A DNA stretch of 64,000 nt, taken from assembly GCA_002269645.1 (NCBI GenBank), contig NIVC01003355.1, forward strand, positions 1-64,000, written 5' to 3'. A program made the translations under genes and the position numbers. This DNA comes from Macrostomum lignano. Lineage: Eukaryota. The notes under the pieces were generated by a model, which was given only the letters and a program-made list of their open reading frames with translations, was not told the DNA's origin and made no database searches. This document shows, piece after piece, positions 11,726 to 24,062 of this stretch; within the stretch, counting starts at the first letter, position 1; each line of letters opens with the position of its first letter.

Positions 11726-13254
11726 ATGGCCACTAACGCCACCATCCCTAAAGAAACTGACCCGGTCGCCTCTGGCTCACCGGGATCAGCCGCTCCGGTA
11801 GCTACCACTGGTAGCACCAACGCCCAACCTGGTCCAACCGGGCCAGCTGACGCTGCCGCCGATCACCCTGGCCGCCAGTCTAGCCGACCGCGCACGGCCG
11901 AGTCTCGACGACAGCGGAACATCCGCCGCAACCGTAAGCGGCAGGAGAAGCGGGCTGCTGCTGCGTCTGAGGAGGGCACGCAAGCCGCGGTGAGGCCTTC
12001 GGGAGCCACCGCAGCGGGGAGGCCCTCTGGGGAGTCCGGTGGCGCGGCTGGGCCGTCAGGAACCGCCGTGTCCTCGGGCTCTCAGGGGGCAACCCTGCCG
12101 GCCTACCGCCTTCCAAAGACAAAGCGGCCCCGCTCAAGACCTCCGAGTCCTACGCGTCCAAGGTCAAGCAGCCGCTGCAACCCGCCGTGATGATCCTCGG
12201 CGGGGATTTCGACCTGACGCCCGAGCAGCTCGACGTCGCGTGGCGTACCATCGACGAGGGCTTGCTCAATCTAACCCTGGAGGGCGTCTTCGTGGACATC
12301 GTCAAGTCCACCAAGGCGAACGGGTGCATCCTACTGTGGTGCAAATCCGAGGAGAGCACCCAGCTCCTGCGGGATCAGCTGCCCAAGTTCGACTGGCACA
12401 GCGACCTGGGCCAGCTGACCTTCGCCTTGGAGAGCGAGCGGCCGAAGACCATCCGCCATCGGATTTGGGTCCCGGCCGACAGTGCAATCAAGTCCGGGGA
12501 GCAGCTGCGGCAGCTCCTGCTCAAGCGGCACCCGGATCTCGACGCCAGTGGTCTTGTGTACCACAGCACGGTCCGCAAGGGCACGACCGGGGCCACAGTC
12601 ATCCTCGGCCTGACGGAGGGATGGGCCAAGCGGCTACCGCACGGCACAAACCTCCACCTTGGTCTCCATCAACTGACCATCCTCCGCTGTGAGGAGGGCA
12701 AGGTGGAGACCAAGAAAGACGGGAAGCGCGCCGCTCCCGGAGCTGGGGCTCATGCCCCGCCGGCCAAGCGGCAGCAGCAACCCGATCCCGAGCCTAACAA
12801 GGCTATTCGCGCTGCTGAGTCCGCCTCGCGCGGACGTAGACCCGCCCGCAGTAGCCGGCGGTCCGGTCTAATCCAGCGCGCACTTGACGAAGCTCAGTCT
12901 CTGAGACTTCACCTCGAGCAGACTCGTGCCGCTCGAAAAAACACTGAAAGCCAGCCGAGGGAACTGGACGACGGCACGGCTCAGCCTTCCAACTGGTGGG
13001 ATTACCACCAGGAGGACGCTGCCGGCCGAGCTCAGACTCCCGACGGCGGGGCGCAAGGCGAAGGCAGCAGCCGTACCCCAGTCGCTGGGGAGGAGGGCGG
13101 TGTAGCGCGGCTAGGTGACTCACCTGCCGTGGGCGCCGTGTCCGCCTCCGCGGCGGCTGGGGAGGCGGCTGAGCCTGAGCCAATGGAAATTGGCGACTCA
13201 ACTCTCACCGATGAGGCTGAGAATGAGTTGCTTTTCTCCTCCCCTGGACAGTAG
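11726..13254 (+). CDS. LINE ORF1 (gag-like nucleic-acid chaperone), split by a 1-nt frameshift near 12128-12131
   Basis: ORFs 11726..12190 and 12187..13254 join (TKRPPLKTSESYASKVKQ) if the C4 run at 12128-12131 is C5. Basic N-terminus and SYASKVK motif; stop lies 2 nt before the ORF2 ATG. Confidence 0.7.
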
Positions 13255-13256
13255 AC

Positions 13257-16200
13257 ATGACTGTCTCCCAGGGCATCCACTGCTTGCAGGTCAACCTGCA
13301 GCACAGCATTGCTGCTTCAGTCAACCTCTTGAAGCACACTGACCAATACGTGCCAGGGATTATCCTTATCCAGGAACCTTGGACGCTTAGGGGCAGCCCC
13401 CAACATGTCCCCACCGGCTACCAGTGTTTAACCGCTGGTACCCGGGAGGGAAACCTGGCACCAAGATCCTGCATCATGGTGTCCAGTTCTATTAACGCAT
13501 GGCTCAGATCAGACCTGTCCACCAGGGACATCTGTGTCATCCAGTCTGAAGACATACTCCCTGGGAGGACTACCCTCATCGCCTCGGTTTACCTACCGGG
13601 CGACGGCGAGATGATCCCAGTAGAGCTTGTCACACTGGTCGAGCTCTGCTCCACCAGAAACTATGAGCTGCTCGTGGCAGGTGACATCAATGCCCACCAC
13701 ACCCACTGGGGCAGTTCTGATATAAACCAGAGAGGTGAAGACTTCCTGGCTTATATTGCTACTACAACCCTTGAGTTCTGTAACTCGGGTAGTACCCCTA
13801 CCTTCAATAACGGACGCCGATCGGAGGTGCTGGATGCCACCCTCGCCACGCCCAGGCTCTTCCAGAGCACTAGGGAATGGCGGGTGCTTCCTGAGGCGTC
13901 CCTCTCCGATCACAAGTTCATCTCTTTCACGCTGGCCAGCGCCCGTAACGCAGGCCAGCTTTACTGGAAACGGAATGCTAGGAATACCGACTGGACCGCC
14001 TTCAGGCTTGCCCTGGAGGAGACCTATCGTTGCACTAGCGCTCCAGTCTCCATCAACACCTGCGAAGAAGCAGATGAATTTGCGGCCGCACTTACGGACT
14101 CGCTCACTGCTGCCTTCGAAGCCTCATGCCCACTAAAGGCATATAAAGGCAAACAGTCGGCCCCATGGTGGAACCCGCAGCTTGGCGACCTCCGTCGCAG
14201 AGCCAAAAGGCTTCACCGCAGGGCCCAAAAAACTAAAAACCCGGCCGACCAAACCGCCTACCTGAACTCTATCCACGAGTTCAAGAGGCAGGTTAGGAAC
14301 GCCAAAACCAACAAGTGGCGCGAATACTGTGAGGAACTTGAGGGCTCCCGCCCCACCTCCAGAATCGTTAAAGCCCTCACCCTGGACAAAATGTCCAAAC
14401 TCTCCTCAGTCAAGAGAGCCGACGGCTCGCTCACTGAGAACCCAGGAGAAACACTGGAAGCGATGCTAACAGCGTTTTTCCCGAACGAGCCAGCTAGGCC
14501 CGGCCCCCCTGACCACTCAGTGGGCGGACACGTACTGGCTGACTCAATCATCACGGAGGACCGCGTTACTAAAGCTGTCTCCTCCTTCAAACCCTTCAAA
14601 TCCCCAGGACCGGACGGCGTTGTGCCAGCCTTCCTGCGGGAGGCGGTGAAATGCACCGGTTTCCTGCGGAACCTTTGCCGGCTTCTGAAAGCCTGCATTG
14701 TGCTCGGCTTTGTTCCGAAATCCTGGACCGAGGCCAAGGTGGTCTTTATCCCCAAGCCTGGCCGACCGGACTACCGGTCCATTAAATCCTTCAGACCAAT
14801 TAGCCTCACCTCCTCATTGGTGAAGCTGTTAGAGAGACTGGTGCTCTGGCGCCTCCTCTCTGTGGAACTGAAGAACAAGCCGCTCAGTGAGAACCAGCAT
14901 GCCTTTCGGGCAGGCAGGTCCACGGAGAGCGCGCTTCACGTTCTGGTTGACATGCTGGAGAAAGCCGTTCTTGGTAATGGCTACGCTCTCGCTGTCTTCC
15001 TCGACATTGTTGGAGCCTTCGATAATGTCCTCTTTGAGGCCTTTGACAGAGCTCTACGTGCTAGAGGAACCCACTCGCACCTCACCCGGTGGATCATGTA
15101 TATGATCAGCCACCGTACTGCCACCGCACACCTGTTGGGCCACCAACGGACGGTAACCGTCTGCAAAGGCAGCCCCCAGGGCGGTGTCCTCTCTCCAGTT
15201 CTCTGGAACATGGTCATCGATGAGCTCCTCCAGGACAGCCATCTTGACCCCATCCTCAAGGTCGGTTACGCCGATGATGTCACAGCCGTGGCATCCGGAC
15301 CGTCACCTGAAACCCTTAGAGATCTTTTGCAAAACTTCATTCGCTCTGCTGAACGTTGGGCGGACAGGTGCGGCCTCAGGCTCTCCGAGACCAAAACTGT
15401 CGCGATCATGTTCACCAGCAGGGTAAACTGGCGTATTCGCCCACTAAAGCTTTACGGGGTGGAAATTCCATCCTGCAAGCAAACCAAGTGTCTCGGCGTT
15501 ACGCTGGACCACCGGCTGAGCTGGTCCACCCACGTCCAGGCCAAAACCAAAAAAGCCCTCGCGATTCTTGCGCAGCTGCGCAGAGCCGTCGGCACCACCT
15601 GGGGCCTCACCCCAAAGCGTCTCTGGTGGATCTATACCGCAATGGTCCGACCGGCCGTTACATACGCCGGCCTGGTCTGGACCAGCGCCTTGCAGATTAA
15701 AACCTGCCACGAAGCCCTCAAAAAGGTGCAGGGACGTGCGTGCCGCATGATCCTGAATGCCCCGCTCTCTGCTCCCTTTGACGGCCTCAACGCCTTTCTC
15801 TGCCTCCCGCCTCTGGACATCTTTGTCCGTCGCGAGGCTGCTAAAACCACCCGCCGGCTCATCGAGGCTGGTGTTAGCTTCAAGCCACAAAGAGCGATGG
15901 CGAAGCGCAAGCTCCTGCCGCACTCTGACCTGTGCCTTAAAGTTCTGGAGGAGAGTGGGAGTGCGGCTGTCCTTTCGGACGCTGAACCGCGCTCCCTCAA
16001 CCTCTACCAACGCTTCAAGGTCACGATCCCCTCCAGGGAGAACGCCAACGACAGCTGGGCCCCTCAGGAGGTTCACTGCTTCACTGACGGATCCTCCAAA
16101 GACGGTTTATCCGGCTTTGGAGTCTGCATCCTTATCAACGGCCGCGTGATTGCTACTCACGCCCAACACACTGGCAGACTCTCCAGCGTCTTCCAGAATG

Positions 16201-16961
16201 AAGTCCTTGCCATCAGCTCCTGTGCAGCTGAGCTCCACCGCAAGGACTTCAAGGACAGAAGAATCTTCTTCCACTCTGACAGCCAGGCCGCTTTACAGGC
16301 CCTGTGTCACACCACTACGAACTCCCGAACAGTCCGCGACTGTATCGGGCAGCTCAACAAGCTGGCTCGGAGGAACACCGTCCGGCTCACGTGGATCCCA
16401 GGACACGCCGGCTTCAAAGGTAACGAGCTCGCCGACTCCCTCGCTAAGGCGGGCTGTTCCGGCTCGCCCCTTGGCCCCGTGCCCCTGGCCCCCATCCCCG
16501 CCACAGTCATTAATCGTCAGATTAACGACTGGGCGGACATCCTGCACTTGCGCAGATGGGATGGTATCTCCAACTGCCGCCAATCTCGTGCGGCAGTGCC
16601 CAATCCGTCCCTCAAGCTGCGGAGAATCCTTTTGAATCAAAATCGAAAAGATATCCGCGCTCTCACTATGACCTTCACAGGTCACGGTTGCTTTGCCAGG
16701 CACTGCTTCCTCCGATGTGTTCGCCGGAGTGAACTCTGCCCCTTCTGCAGCCTCGAGAATGAAGATGCCATGCACTTCGTCTGCTACTGCCCGGCCTTCA
16801 ACCGAGACCGGCTCAACCACCTCGGGCCCAACCCGTCCCTGGACGACGTTTGCCGGCCCGAGAACATCCCACGGCTCATCCGGTTCCTCCGGGCCACCAA
16901 GCGAGCCTCCGTCTTCCCCACCGAAGACAACGCTGCAGACAGGACCGGCAGACCTCCCTGA
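13257..16961 (+). CDS. LINE ORF2: apurinic endonuclease + reverse transcriptase + RNase H + C-terminal CCHC finger (1234 aa, uninterrupted)
   Basis: APE motifs (ILIQEPW, GDINAHH, PTF, LSDH); RT motifs (FRPISLTS, QHAFR, GSPQGGVLSP, YADD, LGVTLD); RNase H (FTDGS, SVFQNEVLAI, HSDSQAAL, WIPGHAGFKGNELADSLAK); CPFC-x7-H-x4-C. Confidence 0.97.
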   Translation: MTVSQGIHCLQVNLQHSIAASVNLLKHTDQYVPGIILIQEPWTLRGSPQHVPTGYQCLTAGTREGNLAPRSCIMVSSSINAWLRSDLSTRDICVIQSEDILPGRTTLIASVYLPGDGEMIPVELVTLVELCSTRNYELLVAGDINAHHTHWGSSDINQRGEDFLAYIATTTLEFCNSGSTPTFNNGRRSEVLDATLATPRLFQSTREWRVLPEASLSDHKFISFTLASARNAGQLYWKRNARNTDWTAFRLALEETYRCTSAPVSINTCEEADEFAAALTDSLTAAFEASCPLKAYKGKQSAPWWNPQLGDLRRRAKRLHRRAQKTKNPADQTAYLNSIHEFKRQVRNAKTNKWREYCEELEGSRPTSRIVKALTLDKMSKLSSVKRADGSLTENPGETLEAMLTAFFPNEPARPGPPDHSVGGHVLADSIITEDRVTKAVSSFKPFKSPGPDGVVPAFLREAVKCTGFLRNLCRLLKACIVLGFVPKSWTEAKVVFIPKPGRPDYRSIKSFRPISLTSSLVKLLERLVLWRLLSVELKNKPLSENQHAFRAGRSTESALHVLVDMLEKAVLGNGYALAVFLDIVGAFDNVLFEAFDRALRARGTHSHLTRWIMYMISHRTATAHLLGHQRTVTVCKGSPQGGVLSPVLWNMVIDELLQDSHLDPILKVGYADDVTAVASGPSPETLRDLLQNFIRSAERWADRCGLRLSETKTVAIMFTSRVNWRIRPLKLYGVEIPSCKQTKCLGVTLDHRLSWSTHVQAKTKKALAILAQLRRAVGTTWGLTPKRLWWIYTAMVRPAVTYAGLVWTSALQIKTCHEALKKVQGRACRMILNAPLSAPFDGLNAFLCLPPLDIFVRREAAKTTRRLIEAGVSFKPQRAMAKRKLLPHSDLCLKVLEESGSAAVLSDAEPRSLNLYQRFKVTIPSRENANDSWAPQEVHCFTDGSSKDGLSGFGVCILINGRVIATHAQHTGRLSSVFQNEVLAISSCAAELHRKDFKDRRIFFHSDSQAALQALCHTTTNSRTVRDCIGQLNKLARRNTVRLTWIPGHAGFKGNELADSLAKAGCSGSPLGPVPLAPIPATVINRQINDWADILHLRRWDGISNCRQSRAAVPNPSLKLRRILLNQNRKDIRALTMTFTGHGCFARHCFLRCVRRSELCPFCSLENEDAMHFVCYCPAFNRDRLNHLGPNPSLDDVCRPENIPRLIRFLRATKRASVFPTEDNAADRTGRPP

Positions 16962-17072
16962 CCGGCCCCGCGCCCTAGCCTATGCGGGTCTTTCAGGGAT
17001 TAGCGGAATGGGCGACGCTCGCCTCCCCGCTGCGTCTTCGGACCGCCCTGCAGCTAAGTCAAGTAAGTCAAG

Positions 17073-17270
17073 GCGGCCTTCTGACCTGCTGCGCAAGAGG
17101 CGACTCAGGCTGGCTGGCCACGTTATCCGGTCGGAAATTTGCTGCCTCAAGCCGTTACACGACCTGCTGTTGTCGACGGCGCAGGGTCCGAGGAGACGAG
17201 GCCAAGGGCGAACGATGAGCTATCCCGAGCTGCTTCTGAAGGCTTTGATAGCCCCCGTTCCCGACTAGGG
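17073..17270 (+). pseudogene. Decayed RTE-like LINE fragment, right part
   Basis: RPSDLLRKRRLRLAGHVIR...RRRGQGRTMSY matches the RTE-type ORF2 C-terminal RRLR-x-x-GHV motif and continues the left fragment across the TSD. Confidence 0.75.
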
Positions 17271-17585
17271 GAGCTGAATTTTTCAGAAGTGCAGCCCAAA
17301 GGCGTGTGTTCTGACACCCTCACCTTGATTAACTACGAGTACGAGCGTAGAAAGCAATCTTTGAGCAACTTCATGTGCAGTGCATGCAATATCGAAAAAA
17401 AACTGTAGCAAAATAACCTTTTTTGGATATATAAATAAAAAGTTAAATGATCGTATATTTATTGTGATCAGCTTTTTTTCAACTTTTCTTCCACTGATAT
17501 TACCGCATGACAACTGCATTGAGCCCCAAATGCCTTAGTTTAGTTCCAAAGGCTAGTCAGGATTTTATATCTCTGCCTGCCTTGC

Positions 17586-19440
17586 TCACTGTCGCCTGAG
17601 GTTGTTCAATCTGGTTTCGAGGTCGTCTAGATCGGCTCCACCGCCACCGCCGCCACTGCTGCCACCTCCGCCGCCGCCACCGCCACCGCCGCCACCGCCA
17701 CCGCCGCCGCCGCCAACTGCGCCTCCGGCAGAGGCAGCCGGTGCCGAAGGCTTTTTGGCACCGGATTTGGCGGGAGCCGACGACGCTTCGCCAATAGTGG
17801 AGGAGCCGGGCCCGATGCCCGCCAGCTGGCCAGTCATCTCTATGCCGAGCTCGTCCAGAACCTGATGACAAAATTTATTTACAAAGTTTGTTGTGAATAA
17901 TGCAGTACTGATTGGGGTTTTTTGTTAGTTGGTCATAGATTTGACGAGAACTGTAGTGATGGACATTAGGGATTCACCATTACAGTTCTGCAGTAAATCA
18001 GAGACAGTATTATACTGATCACTAAGCCGTATTGTCTACACCGTGGTGCACAGGTTGCTGTGTAAGGAATCTAGCTAATTAGACGCTGGTGGCTTAAGTG
18101 TGCCCGCTTCCCTATGAAAACGCACATAATATTACTTCAAAGCAACAATATTGCAAGTCAATTAATTTTAAGTTGTAGTATATAGGAGAGGCCGGTAAGA
18201 ATACTAGTGTCAATGTGTCACTATTATCACATAAAGGCTGGTGTCGTCGGACTCCGGCCCGCTGGCCACATGCAGCCCGAGAAGCCTCTCTATCCGCCCA
18301 TCGGGTCCTCTGAGACTTCAAAATTGCAATCCGGCCAGCTCCGCGTGTTTCGCGTCTCTTTTCAGCTGTCTTCTCTCTAATAATCTCTATTTCTTTTCTT
18401 TTTCCTCTCTTCTATCCTTGCTGAAAAGCTCGTTGGAACAGCAAGTTGATGCAGCGAATGCAGGCCTGGTGGAACACTAGTTTACGTTTACCAGTACAGC
18501 ACTTTACGATTCGCACCATAGCCCTGAAGCCATTTTAAAATCTACAGAAAGTTAATGTTTGGCATTTACTAGACGGAGTTTATAAAAGCAAGCAAATATA
18601 TTTTTCGAACCTTTGTGACCACAGCGTCACTGGCCTCTTCATCATCGGTGTTCCCAATTGCATCGTCAATAGCATCGGACATGACCTCCTCCTTCATGTC
18701 CATCATCTCCGATTCTTTCTCAAACTGGGCCATGATCTGCTGCAGCTGCGGCAGATTCATTGATTGGTTCATTCGCTGCATAGTGAGAGTGACGCCTTTC
18801 ATTGCTTGGGCCATCTGGTTCGTGGAGCGTAGAGTTTGGATCTTCAAGCTGATGGCTTGAATGTTGGCTCGCATCATGATAAACTTTTTAATGTAGCTTC
18901 GAGTTCGCACCTGTAGATATTTGAAATCGTAATGGAGAGCTTGAGTAACTAAATCAAGGTCAGGGATTAGAAAATACTTGGATCTGAAAACATCAGCTAC
19001 AATAGGACTACTAAAGGACAGACCAGAGTGGCTCAGTGGTATAGTGCGTCTGATTCTCGCAGCTAAGTCCATGAATTCGATTTCGGGCTTGTGGGCAAAA
19101 ACTGACCAATATCTTGTCCTGAATTCCCCCTTAAATTCATTAGGCAGTGCGAAGGAACTAACTAAACCGTTTTTCGTCTCTAGTATTTTTATCGCCTCGA
19201 AGATGAGTACCTCGAAACATGTCTAGTGCATTACTATACCAGGTCTTTGGCCATAATCTTCACGGCGTCCATTTGCCCTTGCTTGGCAAGTTTCTTCATA
19301 TCGGCAATCACTTTCTTCTCCTGCTGCTCCAACCGGCCCCGCTCCCTGTCAAGGTCTCGCATCGCTCGGTTAAGCGCACGCTGATTCTGCCGAAGCATCT
19401 CTTCCGGCGTCTTCTTCCGGCCGAACAGACTGAACGGCAT
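17586..19440 (-). CDS. CHMP2A: Charged multivesicular body protein 2A (ESCRT-III, Vps2), 3 exons, 258 aa
   Basis: Exons 19440-19240 (201), 18910-18611 (300), 17861-17586 (276), all phase 0 and GT-AG. Sequence LFGRKKTPEEMLRQNQRALNRAMRDLDRER...MRANIQAISLKIQTLRS...DLETRLNNLRR matches CHMP2A including the MIM1 tail. Confidence 0.95.
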
Positions 19441-20636
19441 CTCTGTGGGCTTGATTCGACGCGCTTGTGGGAAGAAACTGCTTGTAAAGGCTCGTCCTTT
19501 TGAACTGCCTGTACTGCTGCAAATTTGGTAGATAGGACTAGCTATTTGGAGTGGCATGGAGTCCGATAATTCAAAGTCATTTAGTCGAAGGTCAAGCTCA
19601 CCGTTGTTACAATGATCAAAACTCAAAACACAGTAAAACAAATCTCAAATCAAACTCAAATAGGTTTCGTTTAGGAAACTAAAACGAAATTACTTGATCT
19701 TTCGTTGCTCGAGCTTTTTCGGCCGCTGACTTTGCATCAACTGACAAGTTAAGCAGACGAACGAAATGAATGAATAAACGTAGCGTCATGACATATTCCT
19801 CTTAGCTAATTTTATTCTTTCCTGAAAAATACAAAGATAGTAACTTGTTAGTATTTAGTATTAACCTTCAATATTATATCATGCAATTAATGTCTACTCT
19901 AAATTCATGCCATAGACAATTGTTCGGTAATATTTTATTTCTTCTTTCCTTATTTCCAAAGTTTTTTGCCGGGTTCACAAGGCTTTGGTCGCTTCTATAG
20001 CTTCTTGGATGTTGTAGCAGTTATTTTGGAATTATTGTCTTAAAATGTGGAAACTGTTGCCGGTTCCTGAAAATTTCCTACACATTTTTGTCTATATAGT
20101 TTATTATATTAATGAGAAAATGTGGCCTGCGAGTTGAAGTCGCCACTAGCGCAGGATGGTGGATGGGCGTTGCAGCTGGCTGAGGCCTCTGGTACTGTAC
20201 ATGTATATGTACAAGGCTTCAGTCCCGACGCTATCGTCAGCTCGAAAGGCCGCACGGAGCAGCCCAGATCTAGAGTGCGCCGAGTCCAGCTGTCGCTCCA
20301 GCGTGGCTGTCAGACTTATAAACTCGACTTTATTTCTGCACTCCATTCAGTAGACCTAAAACTCATACATGTGTATATCATCTATTTCGTAATGACTCAG
20401 TCGGCATCAGGGGAATTTTACAGCAATCAAAGATTCTAAATTATGCTGAGGAATTAAATGTACTTCCCATCTATTTCTCTATACTTTTAATGGACAGGTT
20501 AGGGCGGCTTTCAAATTTCGATTCCGGGACCTGTTTATGTTAATTTCTTCAATTGCGTGTTCTTTTGTCCTTAGACGTCTCGGCTCTAGGCCGGTCCTCG
20601 CCGCGGCTGGCGGAGGGCCTCCAGACATTGTCGCCA

Positions 20637-20884
20637 GGGGGGGGGGGCGTTTCACAAAATCCTCCTAAGACTGAATTTTAAGTTCCAACTTTTTGGTCGA
20701 ACTTATGACTCAGTCGTAAATGCGTTTCATAGACACTTGAGAATCACAATCCCCGCGGGTCGGACCTAATTAAGTTGTATCCTAGCAAAAACCCAGTCTT
20801 ATTTCTGTGAAACACTTATTATTCTTGAGCTACTACCTAAGTTGAATCTTAGGTTCAAACTTTGCTTTGTGAAACGCCCCCCCC
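20637..20884. mobile_element. MITE-like element with ~19-bp terminal inverted repeats (GGGGGGGGCGTTTCACAAA), possibly PIF/Harbinger type
   Basis: 20640-20658 is the reverse complement of 20866-20884, with weaker subterminal symmetry. No clear TSD. Confidence 0.55.
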
Positions 20885-21080
20885 AGCCGATTGGCTGAGC
20901 GCGCCGGACGTCTTTCTCCTTTTGCCGCATGCAGCCTATCAGCGCTGGTGCCCTGTGAGGTGCTCAGCTGATTGGCTAGATCCTCCTGCTGTTTTCTCTC
21001 TCCCCTTCTCCCGTTTTTCGACCATTTCTTCTTTACCTCTAGCTCTACCTAGCCCCGCGCTCAACGAGATTTAAAAAACG
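20885..21080. promoter_or_regulatory. Possible promoter region between divergent CHMP2A and the N4BP1-like gene
   Basis: GC-richer patch with ATTGG (reverse CCAAT) motifs at 20890 and 20971; location between head-to-head genes. The function is inferred. Confidence 0.25.
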
Positions 21081-24062
21081 ACATGCAGACTCCAATAAAA
21101 AAGGCAAAATTATACGTACTACGAAACAGAATAAACTTTTTCTAGAAACAAGCACAAGAGACGCAACGAGATAGCAGACCAGGCCCCTTATTACGTACTC
21201 GACTGTTCCCAGTCAATAAGCATTCACACTCCGTCTTGTTCCGTACCGGTGTTGCCATACATGTAGCTAGTATTATATCTGTCAGTCAGCACGTCCATAC
21301 GCTCAAAGATTGGAGTTCAAGCTACACTACGCTACACGATCGTACTATTTTGTACTGAACCATAAAAAATTTATCACACGTCCCAAATTACGCCTCGGAC
21401 CCATGCAGGCTTCATTCTCAGCGTTCCAAAGCCTCCGAATTCACTTAGGCTTCACTTTGCCCGTCCCACGCCTTTTGACTTTACTCTACGCGTCCAACGC
21501 CATATATAGTCAAATTGCCAATCGTGTCCAACGCCTGAATAGTAATTACTGTAAACTTAAAAGCAGGGTCTGGGGTCCTGAACCGCGACCATAATCACTG
21601 CACATGGTTAACCTTATCTTTCCCTTTTATGGCACCATAATCTATTCTCTCCAGACTCTCTGGAGAGAATGAAATCAGCATAGAATTGGGCCTGATTTTT
21701 ATAGTTTTTTTGCACTGACAGAGAAGATGAGAGGCAAATTCTGGGTTTCTAAGCTTCAGAATCACAAATAGAACGGCATTTACTAAAAAACAGCTGTTGC
21801 AGTATCTGCTTTTAACCAAAGAGCAAGGTTTCCGTCGGGCCCGTCAATTCTATTCAAAGTCGTGGGATGGGTTGGATACTGCAACTATTCATTTTACATT
21901 ATGGTGATTTGTATCAGATATTTTCCTAATTCTAACGCATAAAAATTTAGTTCTTATTTTAGTTATATCAAGCTTATTTAGCTTTTTTTCGAACGCAAAT
22001 TAAAATTACAATTTGTTAAAATCTTTTCTGATAAACAAATCAAACCGAAAATGTTTATCAGTCAAAATCGTAAATTATTCGTAATTAAACTTGCAGTCAG
22101 AGAAACAGCCAATATGCAGGATTACTGAATCGGCTTGTAGTAGTAAGATGCTGATGCTAAAATCTTTTACTTAGCCTAAACTAATTGATTAAATATGTAT
22201 ATACATAAGGTTATAAACGTAAGTAGAATTTTGTGTCCAGCTACCTTTTTATTTTTTTATATAGGCCTAGCCTATTATAGGCCCTACACTAGAGCCATTG
22301 AGGCAGAGCTGCTGAGGGCCTAATTTAATTAGTAAAATCCAATTTGATTTCAGGCAGGAAAAATTGTAGGCCTAGGCTAGGGCAAAAAAATTAGACAGAT
22401 CTAATCAGTTGCCAAAATAAAGCACAAATTTAAAAATATATAATATAAATAAGCCTAAAGGCTAAACGATTGCAACTTTTAAATTGTTGCAGCAGGCGGG
22501 TCTCTCTCTATTTCTACTGGATCCCACAGCTGATACCAAGTTGTTGCAGGTGATTCTACTTTCTAGCTTATAATTCCACTGCTGAATCACCAAGTTGTTC
22601 TAGGCCCCTTTGCTATTTTATAATATCCCGCTGATTTGTCACCAAATCGTACTAGAAATCCTCTATCTTATTCTAAGAAAATGTATTAAGCCTATTATTT
22701 TTAAAAATCCTACTTTTATATTTACATGTACTTTATACTTTATACGCTATGGGCTGGGTAGCTTAGTGCCCAAGCGGCAAGACACTGCTGACTACTACTA
22801 AACTCTTAAACTATATAGTCCAAACAGGGCGTTACTACAAACCAAGGGGTTTCTGGCTTTAATAATGTCTCTCCCAACTAATACTGCATCACACTTAGCT
22901 ATAATAGCCTGAATCTATTTCTTGGGAATCTTCCTATTCTATCTGCCCTTTCTTTTACTGAGCAAAACGCTTGTTTGGCAATCCCTGCTTAATTGCACTA
23001 GCAAAATGCCCTTTCTATCCAACATGGTATTTCCAACTCGCAATCCTGCTTAAATGACAGAGTCAGAAAACTAGAGAAATCTTAATTTCTAGGTTACTGA
23101 GTATTGAGCCCAAAAGGTTGAAAAATGTTCTATTTTGGCTTTGTATTTATAGTAGGGCCTAGACAAAGTCTAGCAGAATAGGCATTCGCACCTTCCTGCT
23201 ATGTCCCCCTGGGACAGCCTTGCAGCTAAGTAGACCAAGTCTTGTCCTATTGGTTCATGTATCTTGCATTTAAACAACAGTTAACTCAAACAAAATTATT
23301 TCAGCTTACTAAAACAAAATTTCTATTTTTGAAACAAAATAATACATTAAAACAAAAATATATGGTATTTGTTATTTGGCAAGAATTTAACTTTTAAAAA
23401 TAATAATAATTTTGTAAAATAAAATCTAGGCCCTTCTACAAAATCTTAAATTGTAATTTCAAATTTTGGTATGGCATTGAAATGGGAAATCAAATGATTC
23501 ATTGCCATCTCAATATGAAGTGGCACCCACCTGTCCTTTTACATAATAGATTATTAAATTAAATATTATTTTTATTAGGGAATAAATACTTCTAAAGAAT
23601 TTTTTTGCTCAAGATCCTTTCACATTATAGTCATTCAATTGGACCCTTTTTTTCCACATAGCTCAAAAAATGAGACTGACCTTGTATAGCAAAGGGGGTG
23701 GGGCCCTATTGCAGCCAAGGTCTGAACCGCGCCGGACGCCCCCCTTTCCCGCGCCAGACATCCACCCGTACCGCGCTAGGCCAGTCCCCAGGATCAGTGA
23801 TTTGGTTCAATTAGTCAGTCAATGGCTTGCATCAATTGACATTGACCTGGCCCTTTGTTGCCGCCAGTTGCCAAAGCATCTGCCACGCCGCCACGCCACG
23901 CCGCGCCGCGCTGCCGCCAGGCCAATCTGCGCCAGACGCCGTCCGCCAAAATGCCCATGCGCTGCAATCAGGGGGTAGGGCAAAGTGAGTGTCACTTCCT
24001 GGGCAAGCAAAGCAACCAAAAAGGATTCCTTGGAACATTGATGCTCTTGAAAAAGAAATGAA

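Larger units (their letters stand above)
11197..17064 (+). mobile_element. Apparently full-length non-LTR retrotransposon (APE-RT-RNase H; LOA/Lian-like, R1/I group)
   Basis: ~530-nt 5' UTR, ORF1, ORF2, ~100-nt 3' UTR ending in TAAGTCAAG repeats. TSD AAGTCAAG at 11189-11196 and 17065-17072. Confidence 0.9.

Noticed and set aside
12100-12190. Programmed -1 ribosomal frameshift in LINE ORF1
   Set aside because: No X XXY YYZ slippery heptamer found; a 1-nt loss in the C4 run is simpler and matches other indels in the window.
13593-16820. Many overlapping alternative-frame and antisense ORFs
   Set aside because: Shadows of the GC-rich LINE ORF2; no independent motifs.
20585-20630. HDV-ribozyme-like TCCTCGC loop
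   Set aside because: The flanking P3 and P1 pairings could not be completed.
22850-23060. Possible degenerate Tc1-like transposase N-terminus on the minus strand (KRKGR..RKIPKK)
   Set aside because: Too short and decayed; no catalytic motifs or TIRs.
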